From Xanthobacteraceae bacterium (GTDB lineage: Bacteria > Pseudomonadota > Alphaproteobacteria > Rhizobiales > Xanthobacteraceae): a stretch of DNA of 64,000 nucleotides. Within the stretch, counting starts at the first letter, position 1, and each line of letters opens with the position of its first letter. The notes beneath the pieces are model-generated. The model was not told the DNA's origin and did not search any database. It saw only the letters and a program-made list of their open reading frames with translations. Location of the stretch: positions 3,555-67,554 of the forward strand of contig DATKRE010000001.1 of assembly GCA_035532335.1 (NCBI GenBank), in the 5' to 3' direction. The position numbers were made by a program, and so were the translations under genes. This document shows, in pieces, positions 1 to 8,607 of this stretch.

Positions 1-191
1 TGAGTTAGCGCGTCCCGCTCATACGTGCCGTCGCTCTTGCGATATGGAAGATACTCCAGGATTGCAGGGACTGGATTCTGCTCAGCATCCTCCGGCAGCC
101 AGATGCGGGCCGCCAGCATCGTACCGTCTTTCAATGGTATCAATGTGTGCTCGATGACGCGCACCGGTCTCGGAAAATTCGTGACGATCAC
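1..191 (-). CDS. CocE/NonD (S15 X-Pro dipeptidyl-peptidase) family hydrolase, N-terminal part; gene continues past the window start
   Basis: My own minus-strand translation gives VIVTNFPRPVRVIEHTLIPLKDGTMLAARIWLPEDAEQNPVPAILEYLPYRKSDGTYERDALT, a typical CocE/NonD N-terminus. It is absent from the ORF track because it runs off the edge. The GTG at 191 is only a guess for the start. Confidence 0.5.
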   Translation of the reverse strand, partial: MIVTNFPRPVRVIEHTLIPLKDGTMLAARIWLPEDAEQNPVPAILEYLPYRKSDGTYERDALT

Positions 192-267
192 GGCGGACCA
201 CTCATGATGGCGGCGGTTTGCCGGCCTACGGCGGTATCGAGGGACGATAACCGGTGACGACGCGGTG

Positions 268-738
268 TCACGCGACGTGCCTGTTCATCAGGTTCAGGAT
301 CAGGGCATCAAGGCTGTACGGTCCGGCGCCGGCCGAGATGATTATCACCAACATAAAGGCATAAAGTGTCTCCGGTAGATAGAGCCAATCGTCGATGCGA
401 TCTCCTCTATCGATCGGCTTATAGAGTTTGATTCGCTGCCGCCCGGACGTGGCGATGGCGACAAGAATGATGGCAAGCAGGCCAAGCGCTGCGAGCGGCG
501 CCAGGAGCCCGACGAGGACGGCGCCGCCGGCTGAGAATTCGATCAGCGGCACCCACCACTGATTGAAGCCCACTCTTGGAACGCCGAGCGCCTTGAGTTC
601 ATCGACGAATGTACGGTGGCGTTCTGCGTTGAATAGCTTGTGATATCCAGAATGCATAAAAAATGACCCGACCGCGATCCGGCTTAGCGTAATCGCAAGG
701 TCGGTCCATCCGATGCCAACGAACAGTAAATTCATCAT
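268..738 (-). CDS. DoxX family membrane protein
   Basis: The ORF 268..777 translation has the DoxX pattern (RIAVGSFFMHSGYHKLF, several TM helices). The internal ATG-ATG at 738 is preceded by GAGGA, so the shorter start was chosen. Confidence 0.8.
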   Translation of the reverse strand: MMNLLFVGIGWTDLAITLSRIAVGSFFMHSGYHKLFNAERHRTFVDELKALGVPRVGFNQWWVPLIEFSAGGAVLVGLLAPLAALGLLAIILVAIATSGRQRIKLYKPIDRGDRIDDWLYLPETLYAFMLVIIISAGAGPYSLDALILNLMNRHVA

Positions 739-810
739 GGTGCATCCTCGCCGCGATTTCGCATTTAAAATTCGCAATAACTTTGTGTGCGTCGCTGATC
801 TGGGCGTCTC

Positions 811-1344
811 TTATAACTGGATCACTTCTTCTTCTGCTGATTCAAATTCATAAATCCTGCGTGATATGCGGCTAACCGCGGACTTAAAATCGGTAGCGAC
901 ATAGACCGAGCTTCCTGTTGGTTTGCTATTCGGCCATTGGCAAACGACGTCATGAATACGTAAGCCAACCGTTCCTTTCGCCAACTTATTCCAAGGTCCC
1001 GGTGACGAGAGGCCTTGTATGGTGGTGCCACTAGCCAGATGACTGATGGCAGACAGCTTTCGCGACCGCTTGCCGGCGCAATCTACTTCCACATTGTTGT
1101 CGATCCATAAGTCAAACTCATCGATCTGTGCGAGGTGGAAGGCCTTATGTCCGGCTTGCGCCGGAATAATCGTGGTTGGGTCGAGCAGCGAGACATTATT
1201 TTCGTCCGTTACGTTGAGAATGTAAAAATCAGCCGCCAAAGCGGGAACGATCGACCATGACCAAAGTCCCGCGCTAAGCGTAAAGCCCAATGCCATCAAA
1301 CTATTTCGAATGATTTCCTCATTCGTCCGCATCATGACGGGCAA
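811..1344 (-). CDS. hypothetical secreted protein (N-terminal signal peptide ...SIVPALA/AD)
   Basis: A 177-aa ORF in a visibly lower-GC patch with a hydrophobic N-terminus and no recognisable family. The start is uncertain. Confidence 0.5.
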   Translation of the reverse strand: MPVMMRTNEEIIRNSLMALGFTLSAGLWSWSIVPALAADFYILNVTDENNVSLLDPTTIIPAQAGHKAFHLAQIDEFDLWIDNNVEVDCAGKRSRKLSAISHLASGTTIQGLSSPGPWNKLAKGTVGLRIHDVVCQWPNSKPTGSSVYVATDFKSAVSRISRRIYEFESAEEEVIQL

Positions 1345-2119
1345 ACATTTGAACCTATAACTTCACCTACAAAATAAACGACTGACTGTCTGTTTTGGGT
1401 CCAATCTCCACCGAAACGCGATTTCCGCGATATTTCCGTTCATTCTCCCAATCGCCGACATGACGGCGCGCGCCGCGAATGATCAAAAAGTGCCATAACG
1501 GAAAGTCGGCCGCGAGTGGTGGCCGTCGGCGGCTGACTGTGAGACCGTGGGTCCGCGTTGCATGTATCGACGGCGACTCGGCGCACGATTGCTAACGCAG
1601 GCAGGGCGCACTGATCAAATTAGAGGACACGGCGGATCAGTCGGTTAAAGATTAGCCTGGGTGTGCTTTTCTTAGTCAGTTGCCGGGCAGTGAGCTCCTA
1701 CCTTTATTAGCAGCCAGTTTTCCTTCTTTTGCCTCCCGCGCTTGCGAATAAAGTACCAGATAACGACTTTTCGTGGTTCGAGCGGCTCCTCGTCGCCGGT
1801 TGGGCGCGAAGAATCTTCGCCACAGGTTACGCTACAGCTTCATTGAGTTTGCGATGGCGTGAGCGTTCCAAGCGTTCAACGATCTCACGTCGCGAATCAG
1901 CCGGCGCTTGCGTTAGGCAAAGCTTGCAAGCCAACAGAGCAATTTTGTGATCCTCATCCGCTATCAAGGTCTTTAGTTGGGGCGGGGCCTCGCGCACCAG
2001 TCCGATTCAGTCAGCAACGAAAGACTGCTTCTGCGCCGCGACGGCGAAGCCGAACCTTTTCGAAGACGAACCGCAACACTCCGACGACACGAGCCACGAC
2101 GAGTGTGCCGGCACTAAGT

Positions 2120-3184
2120 CTAGGGTATGCCGGCGACACGGATGAGTGCGTAGCTGATGGAGCCGAGGACGATCAGCGACGCCGTCACCGCTAGTATCAG
2201 GCGCAGGCCGCTTTTCGCCACGACGCGAATGTCGACGCCGAGGCCGAGCGCGGCCATGGCGATTGTCGTCAATACCGCGGCGGTGTGGGTGATCAGTGGC
2301 AACGCGACTTGCGGGACCAAGCCGAGCGAGCGGACTATCAAGATAACGAGAAAGCCGACGATAAACCAAGGCACGAGGTCTTGCCAATCGAGCCCGCTTT
2401 TGTTGGTGTGGAGGCCGGTCCGCTCGGCGCGCAGATCGCGCGCCAACAACGACAGCCCAAGCACCACCGGACCGAGCATCAAGACGCGCACGAGCTTGAC
2501 GATGGTGCCGACCTGATTGCTCAATGCGCCAATGGGTAATGTCGCTGCCAGCACTTGGGGCACGGCGTAGACGGTCAGCCCGGCCAGCACACCGTATTGC
2601 GTTAGCGACAGTTGTAGGACAGGAACCAGCATCGGCAGCGTCAACACCACGATGACGCCAAGCACTGCAGTGAACGAGATCGACGCCGCGATTTCATCGC
2701 TGTCAGCGCCGATCGCCGGCGCCACCGCAGCGATCGCCGAATTACCGCAGATCGAATTGCCACAGGCGATCAGAATCGCCATGCGCACGGGCAGGCCGAT
2801 CGCACGGCTGATGGCGAAGGTGATGCCGAGTGCCATCGCCACCACCGAAGCGATGCCGACCAGAAGGAACGAGCCAAGCGCCAGAACCGTTGCGATGCTC
2901 ACCGATGCGCCCAACATGACAACCGCGCACTCGAGCAGGAATTTCGCGCTGAACGCCACACCTGGAATAAAACGTGGCTCCGGCATCCATGCCGTACGCA
3001 GGGCAACGCCAAGCAGGATCGCGAGCACCAGCGCTTCCAAATAGGCTTGACCGAGGACGTGCGTCTCCACCAACTGCAGCAGGGTCGCAACGCCGGTGAT
3101 CGCGACGCAGAGTAGGACGCCAGGCAGCAGCCGATGCAATTGGTCGATCAGTTGAGGGAGTTGCTCTTTTTTGGCGGGCGACAT
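2120..3184 (-). CDS. YeiH/UPF0324 family inner membrane protein (putative sulfate exporter family)
   Basis: A 354-aa polytopic membrane ORF. The N-terminal motif LLPGVLLCVAITGVATLL and the overall glycine/alanine-rich TM pattern match the YeiH family. Confidence 0.8.
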   Translation of the reverse strand: MSPAKKEQLPQLIDQLHRLLPGVLLCVAITGVATLLQLVETHVLGQAYLEALVLAILLGVALRTAWMPEPRFIPGVAFSAKFLLECAVVMLGASVSIATVLALGSFLLVGIASVVAMALGITFAISRAIGLPVRMAILIACGNSICGNSAIAAVAPAIGADSDEIAASISFTAVLGVIVVLTLPMLVPVLQLSLTQYGVLAGLTVYAVPQVLAATLPIGALSNQVGTIVKLVRVLMLGPVVLGLSLLARDLRAERTGLHTNKSGLDWQDLVPWFIVGFLVILIVRSLGLVPQVALPLITHTAAVLTTIAMAALGLGVDIRVVAKSGLRLILAVTASLIVLGSISYALIRVAGIP

Positions 3185-3365
3185 TCGAGCGTGGTGTCCG
3201 TCATCGGATGATTGGCGACAAGTTTCGGCGTAGTTCGGCGACGGCTCCAGCTCATTCGGTTTGCGAACGTTAAGCAGCTTTGTTTTGGTGCAGCAAGATG
3301 CAGATCACTTTCTCGGCCGGACAACGCGCAATTTGTTTGGTGGCTGTCGGCAGTACGTCGGCAAT

Positions 3366-4652
3366 CTACGGAGCTTTTTGGCGCGCGGGCGTCACATCGG
3401 ACGTGACTGTTGCCGAAGCTCCGAGCAAATGAATGATCTCCTCGGCGATTTGATCCGGGGTGCGTCCCGCAGGCGCACCTTCGTCGACGATCAGCGGATC
3501 CTCGCTCGGGTCCGGCTCTTCGAGGGTGTCGATCTGGCTCGCCAGCAGGCTCGCAGGCATGAAGTGCCCTTTGCGGCCGGCCAGATGTTCGGCGACGAGG
3601 TCCTTGCCGCCGCGGAGGTAGACGAGGCGGACCTCCCTCCGGTCGCCGATGATGATCTGACGATAAGACCGCTTGAGCGCGGAGCAAGTGATGATGCCTG
3701 GCTGTTTCTTGGCGCGCTGTGCATCGATCCATGCCGCGACGTTCTTCAGCCATGGTAAGCGGTCTTCATCGGTCAGCGGAATGCCGGCGTGCATCTTGGC
3801 GATATTGACTGCCGGATGCAGCGAGTCGCCTTCTTCGAACGCCCAGCCAAGGCGTGCGGCTAGTTCTTTCGCGACCGTCGTCTTTCCAGAACCCGACACG
3901 CCCATCATCACCAGAATGGGGGGCGTGCCGCGATGCGAGCGTGCGCTGTTGAGCCGCCGGACTCCGGACGCATCGGCAACGAAGACAGGATCGGCGCGGC
4001 CGATGAAGAGGCCGCAGTCGATCACTCCGACGACGTGCCGGATACGCTCCTCCAGTCGTGCCGGGTCGGTGATGCGATCGAACTTGCAATCGAGGATGCG
4101 GTTGCCGCTGTCGGTAACGAAGGGCTGATCCGGCGTCGACTGGCGAGGCCGCGCGCTCGCGCCGAGTACCTCGAGCGCCGCCCAGGTTGCTTCCAGACCG
4201 AACGCGACCACTTCGACCGGCACCGGCGCGTTGGTGCCGAGCTGATCCACCAGTTTGGTCGAATCGATGACGATGACGAGTTGTCGCGTAGCGGCCGCGA
4301 CGATTTTCTCATGCAGCAGCGCACCGTCGTGTCCCTTGATCAAATTGAGCGTGCCGCGCTCCACTTCGTCGGCGCCATCGATCGTAAGATCGATCTGGCG
4401 ATGCTCGCCGAACGATGTCAGCGGAATACCCGCGGCGCTCGCCAGGTCTGCGACCCGCTGCGAGGTGGGAATACCGACAAAGCGCAATCCCTCTCGCCGC
4501 AGGCGGGCGAGCGCTTCGATGGCGAAGGCCGCGGTCGAGCCGCTGCCGAGCCCGAGGACCATGTCATTTTCGACAAGCTTGACCGCCTCTTCCGCGGCGG
4601 CACGCTCTTGTAGGTCGCGATCGTTCAGGTATGACGACGGTACCGTGCTCAT
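3366..4652 (-). CDS. rpiA/gntK: fusion protein: ribose-5-phosphate isomerase A (N-terminal ~230 aa) plus gluconokinase (C-terminal, P-loop)
   Basis: RpiA motifs are present (GLGSGSTAAFAIEAL, DGADEV, KGHDGALLHEKI). They are followed in frame by the GntK pattern MGVSGSGKTTVAKELAARLGWAFEEGDSLHP...PLTDEDRLPWL. The ATG at 4652 overlaps the rpe stop (ATGA). Confidence 0.85.
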   Translation of the reverse strand: MSTVPSSYLNDRDLQERAAAEEAVKLVENDMVLGLGSGSTAAFAIEALARLRREGLRFVGIPTSQRVADLASAAGIPLTSFGEHRQIDLTIDGADEVERGTLNLIKGHDGALLHEKIVAAATRQLVIVIDSTKLVDQLGTNAPVPVEVVAFGLEATWAALEVLGASARPRQSTPDQPFVTDSGNRILDCKFDRITDPARLEERIRHVVGVIDCGLFIGRADPVFVADASGVRRLNSARSHRGTPPILVMMGVSGSGKTTVAKELAARLGWAFEEGDSLHPAVNIAKMHAGIPLTDEDRLPWLKNVAAWIDAQRAKKQPGIITCSALKRSYRQIIIGDRREVRLVYLRGGKDLVAEHLAGRKGHFMPASLLASQIDTLEEPDPSEDPLIVDEGAPAGRTPDQIAEEIIHLLGASATVTSDVTPARQKAP

Positions 4653-5389
4653 GCCCTGGTTGCTGCCGCAGTGGCGCTGGCGCGAATAGCCGCAATAGCC
4701 GCGGCGTAGTCCGCAGTGCCGAAAATCGCCGAGCCCGCAACAATGGCGGTGGCTCCCGCGGCGGCCGTCTGGCCCGCGGTGATTGGGTTCTCGCCGCCGT
4801 CCGCTTCGATGATCGGCTGCAGCCCGCGCTCGGCGCACATCGCGTGCAGCCGGCGGATCTTTGGCAGCATTTCGGGAAGGAAGCTTTGGCCGCCAAATCC
4901 CGGATTTACTGTCATCACCAGAATGACGTCGCAGAGATGCAGAACATAATCGATGAATTCCGGCGACGTCGCCGGGTCTAACGCCACTCCCGCTTTTTTT
5001 CCCAGCGCGCGGATCTGACTCAGCGTTCGATGCAGATGGATGGTGGAACCGGGTTCCGCGTGTACGAGTAGATGATCGGCTCCCGCTTTTGCGAATGCTT
5101 CCAGATAACGCTCGGGCTCGACGATCATCAGGTGCACGTTAATGGGCCGCCCGGTCGAACGCCGCACAGCTTCCACGACGAGTGGGCCGATCGTGATGTT
5201 CGGGACAAAATGGCCATCCATGATGTCGACATGGATCCAATCCGCGCCAGCGGCGTCGACAGCGTGAACCTCTTCGCCCAATCGCGCGAAGTCGGCAGAC
5301 AATATGGACGGCGCGATCAGGATGGACGTTGCCGGTGCGCCTGCGCGGGGCGTGCCGGCTTCGGCCGCGCGGATGCGTTGGGAGGTCAT
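4649..5389 (-). CDS. rpe: ribulose-phosphate 3-epimerase
   Basis: Contains IAPSILSADFARLGEE...HVDIMDGHFVPNITIGP...MTVNPGFGGQSF. Its start overlaps the pgl stop (ATGA). Confidence 0.95.
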   Translation of the reverse strand: MTSQRIRAAEAGTPRAGAPATSILIAPSILSADFARLGEEVHAVDAAGADWIHVDIMDGHFVPNITIGPLVVEAVRRSTGRPINVHLMIVEPERYLEAFAKAGADHLLVHAEPGSTIHLHRTLSQIRALGKKAGVALDPATSPEFIDYVLHLCDVILVMTVNPGFGGQSFLPEMLPKIRRLHAMCAERGLQPIIEADGGENPITAGQTAAAGATAIVAGSAIFGTADYAAAIAAIRASATAAATRA

Positions 5390-6141
5390 CGGGATTGCGA
5401 TCCAGTGCCGCGCTGCATTGTTTGCTCGCCAGCCGCGGCACGGTCGACAAACCAGAAAAGTTCGCCGACCGGCCGTACCCGCGCCGCCGGCACGCGATTG
5501 TTTCCGGCGCAGATCGCGCTAAAGATTTCGGCTTTTTCTCCTCCGGCGACCAAGAACGCGACACGGCGGCTGCTCTCGATCGGCGGATAGGTCATGGTGA
5601 TGCGAACCTCCGGGCGTCCATGCGAAACGGCGGCAACCCAGCGTTTGCGTTCCTCGAGCACCGGTTCGCCGGGCAATAGCGATGCCGTGTGGCCATCGGC
5701 GCCGAGGCCGAGCAACGTCACATTGAAGAACGGGCGGAGGGGGTCGAAATTTGCGGCGCCATAAGCTTCTTGCAGCGTCCGCTCATAACGTCGTGCAGCA
5801 TCGTCGGGATCACCGTCGGTCGGAATTGGATGAATGTTCTCCGGCGGCACCGGTACTTTGGCAAGCATCGCCTCGCGCGTCATCCGATAGTTGCTTTCGG
5901 GATGGTCGTAGGGAACGAAACGCTCGTCGCCCCAGTACCAGTGCACGCGCGGCCACGGAAAGCGGTTGCGGAAACGCTCCGAAGCCAGCCGCGCATAAAG
6001 CGCCTTCGGCGTCGACCCGCCGGAGAGCGAGACCCGGCAGAGGCCATCCGCCGCCAACGCCGCGGCTGTCATCCACTCCGCCGTGTGTTCCGCGAGAGTG
6101 GCCGGGTCGGGCAATATCTCGATGCGTCCAATGTCTGCCAT
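5386..6141 (-). CDS. pgl: 6-phosphogluconolactonase
   Basis: Contains LSGGSTPKALY...WGDERFVP...LLGLGADGHTASLLPG. The internal ATG at 6141 (MADIGRIEIL) was chosen; it lies 4 nt after the upstream gene stop. Confidence 0.9.
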   Translation of the reverse strand: MADIGRIEILPDPATLAEHTAEWMTAAALAADGLCRVSLSGGSTPKALYARLASERFRNRFPWPRVHWYWGDERFVPYDHPESNYRMTREAMLAKVPVPPENIHPIPTDGDPDDAARRYERTLQEAYGAANFDPLRPFFNVTLLGLGADGHTASLLPGEPVLEERKRWVAAVSHGRPEVRITMTYPPIESSRRVAFLVAGGEKAEIFSAICAGNNRVPAARVRPVGELFWFVDRAAAGEQTMQRGTGSQSR

Positions 6142-6145
6142 GATG

Positions 6146-6961
6146 TCAAACCGTGCCGAGGATGAAACGCTCGATTGCTTTGGCGAAGCCCTCGTCGTTG
6201 TAGGAATCGGTGACGGTGGAAGCCCGCGCCTTGACCTCATCGGAGGCGTTTCCCATCGCGATGCTAAAGCCCGAGCGCTCGAACATGAGCACGTCGTTTG
6301 GTTGATCGCCGATGGTGGCGATTTCTTCAGCCTTCACGCCGACGTGCTTTGCCAGGTATTCGACGACGGCACCCTTGTTTGCGTCCTTATTGGTGACGTC
6401 CAGATAATAAGGCTGCGATCTGGTCGCCGACGCCCGCGATCCGAACGCCGCTTGCGCATCGGCTTCACAGCGTCGCATCTTTTCGAAGTCGTCACTGACG
6501 CCAACGATCTTTGCGACGCGTTGCAAGTTTTCAGTGACGTTGGCGACGACTTTTGGCTCGAATTTTACCGTCCAGGCCTCCCGGGCGACATGCGGCGCAT
6601 CAGGCTTGGTGATCAGCCATTCGTTGCCGCGATAAACCCATGCGTCGAGACCTTGGTTTCTTATAAGATTGATTGCCTCGCGCGCAACCTCAACAGGCAC
6701 GACCCTTTCCTCAATTATCGTAAGATCACGCTCGACAAATAGGCCGCCGTTGAAGCCGGCGATCGGTGTGTCGAGGTTCAGCGCATCGAACAGCATGGCC
6801 ATGCCGCGGGGCGGCCGCCCGCTGGTAATGGCAAAGCGGATTTTGGCTTCTTGCAACGCTTTGACGGCGCGCTGCGCGCGCTGCGTCAATATTTTCTCTT
6901 CGTTGACGAGCGTGCCATCGACGTCCGCCAGAACCAGAGAGATTTTTTGCTTCGCCGCCAT
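6146..6961 (-). CDS. Cof-type HAD-IIB family hydrolase (sugar-phosphatase-like)
   Basis: Has the DxD motif LADVDGTLVN, a Cof-like cap and the C-terminal GDQPNDVLMF. The ATG at 6961 is preceded by GGAGAG. Confidence 0.85.
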   Translation of the reverse strand: MAAKQKISLVLADVDGTLVNEEKILTQRAQRAVKALQEAKIRFAITSGRPPRGMAMLFDALNLDTPIAGFNGGLFVERDLTIIEERVVPVEVAREAINLIRNQGLDAWVYRGNEWLITKPDAPHVAREAWTVKFEPKVVANVTENLQRVAKIVGVSDDFEKMRRCEADAQAAFGSRASATRSQPYYLDVTNKDANKGAVVEYLAKHVGVKAEEIATIGDQPNDVLMFERSGFSIAMGNASDEVKARASTVTDSYNDEGFAKAIERFILGTV

Positions 6962-6980
6962 CGAGGCTCTCCAACGCCGG

Positions 6981-8570
6981 TCAGGCCAGCGGCCGCCACG
7001 CACGCCCCATGCGCGCCAAGAGTTCGTCGGCTGCCGCGGGCCCGGCGCTCCCGGCGGTATAATTGGGAAAATCCGGCGGCGGATTGTTGGCCCAAGCGTC
7101 GAGGATCGGCTGCACCGCTTGCCAACCGGCTTCCACGGTGTCGGCGCGCTGAAACAGCGTCGCGTCGCCAATCATGCAGTCATAGAGCAGCGTTTCGTAG
7201 CCGGTATTGGGCGCGACTTTGAAATAGTTTTTGTAGGCGAAATCCATGCTGACGTTGCTGAGCCTCACGACCGGGCCCGGGCGCTTGGCGGCGAATTCCA
7301 GCGCGATTCCCTGATCCGGCTGGATGCGCAGGATCATCCAATTCGGGTTCATCTGCTCCACCTGCGTGCCACGAAACAGTGCGAATGGGGCTTGACGAAA
7401 GCGGATCGCAATTTCGGTCGAGCGGCGGCGCAGACGCTTACCCGTGCGCACAAAAAACGGCACCCCGGCCCAGCGCCAGTTATCGATGTTGAACCTCCAT
7501 GCGACGAAGGTCTCGGTCGTCGAGTTTGGCGCTACGTACGGTTCCTCCCGATATGGCGGCACGTTTTTTTCCACCACCGTGCCGCCGCCGTATTGGCCGC
7601 GCACCGCATCGCGCAGCGCCTGCGCTTGATCGATCGGCTTTATCGCCTGGATGACTTCGGTTTTTTTGGATCGAACCGCGTCCGCATCGAAGGAGATCGG
7701 CGGCTCCATCGCCGTCATCGCGACAAGTTGCAATACGTGGTTGGGCACCATGTCGCGAAGCGCGCCGGTCTTTTCGTAGAACTTGCCGCGATGCTCGACA
7801 CCGATTGTTTCAGCCACCGTGACCTGAACATGATCGATCTGCTGCCGATTCCAGAGCGGCTCGAATAGACCGTTGGCGAAACGCAGCGCCATGATGTTTT
7901 GCACCGTCTCCTTGCCGAGGAAATGATCGATGCGAAAGATCTGATGTTCTTTAAGCGTTTTCAGGATCTCGGCATTGAGTGCTTTGGCCGAGAGCAGATC
8001 GTGGCCGAAGGGCTTTTCGATCACCACCCGGCGCCACTGGCCGTTGGTTTCAGTCACCAGCCCGGCTGCGCCAAGCTGATCGACCGCGGGCGCGAAAAAA
8101 CGGTCGGCGACCGCAAGATAGAAAAAATAATTCCCGCCTGTCGCCGCTGTCTTATCCAATCCGGCCAGATGGTCGCGCAGTTGAGTATAAGTGCCAGGAT
8201 CGTTGACGTCGCCCTGGAGATAGCTCATCCGCTCGCTGAGCCATCGCCATGCCGACTGGTCAACGGCATTGATGTTAGATTCGCCGCCTTGAGCGATGAA
8301 ATCTTGCATCGCCGCGGCAAGGCCTTTGCGCCACTGCTCGGCGCTGCCGGTGTTGTGATCGACGCCGACAAGCTGGAATTGATGGGAGAGCTGGCCGGCC
8401 TGAGCCAGATTGTAGAGCGCCGGCACGACCAGGCGTTTGGTGAGGTCGCCGGCCGCGCCGAAGATCACCATGGCGCATGGTGGGGCGGGTGGCGTGCTCT
8501 CGGCTTCCGGCAGAGGCGCGATTTTCGGAGTCTTCTCGGCTTCGATAGCTTGGTCGTGCCTGTCCAACAT
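6981..8570 (-). CDS. zwf: glucose-6-phosphate 1-dehydrogenase
   Basis: Contains FGAAGDLTKRLVVPALYNL and RIDHFLGKETVQNI. Confidence 0.95.
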   Translation of the reverse strand: MLDRHDQAIEAEKTPKIAPLPEAESTPPAPPCAMVIFGAAGDLTKRLVVPALYNLAQAGQLSHQFQLVGVDHNTGSAEQWRKGLAAAMQDFIAQGGESNINAVDQSAWRWLSERMSYLQGDVNDPGTYTQLRDHLAGLDKTAATGGNYFFYLAVADRFFAPAVDQLGAAGLVTETNGQWRRVVIEKPFGHDLLSAKALNAEILKTLKEHQIFRIDHFLGKETVQNIMALRFANGLFEPLWNRQQIDHVQVTVAETIGVEHRGKFYEKTGALRDMVPNHVLQLVAMTAMEPPISFDADAVRSKKTEVIQAIKPIDQAQALRDAVRGQYGGGTVVEKNVPPYREEPYVAPNSTTETFVAWRFNIDNWRWAGVPFFVRTGKRLRRRSTEIAIRFRQAPFALFRGTQVEQMNPNWMILRIQPDQGIALEFAAKRPGPVVRLSNVSMDFAYKNYFKVAPNTGYETLLYDCMIGDATLFQRADTVEAGWQAVQPILDAWANNPPPDFPNYTAGSAGPAAADELLARMGRAWRPLA

Positions 8571-8607
8571 TGTCGATCTGGTCCTTCGTCTCGTGGCCGT
8601 GCTGCGG

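Noticed and set aside
25-207. 60-aa plus-strand ORF at the window start
   Set aside because: The opposite strand encodes a convincing CocE/NonD hydrolase N-terminus over the same bases.
1770-1795. GGTTCGAG string checked as a possible tRNA T-arm
   Set aside because: The flanking bases cannot form the 5-bp T-stem, and no acceptor or anticodon arms could be built.
1827-1997. 56-aa minus-strand ORF (GTG start) in the orphan region
   Set aside because: It is too short, has no recognisable family and has no clear Shine-Dalgarno. It is kept only as a note within the low-GC patch finding.
3148-3753. 201-aa and similar arginine-rich ORFs overlapping the PPP genes in other frames (for example 3148..3753, 4564..4896, 8912..9601)
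   Set aside because: They are alternative-frame ORFs inside well-supported enzyme genes, and their R/P/G-rich translations are typical of off-frame high-GC sequence.
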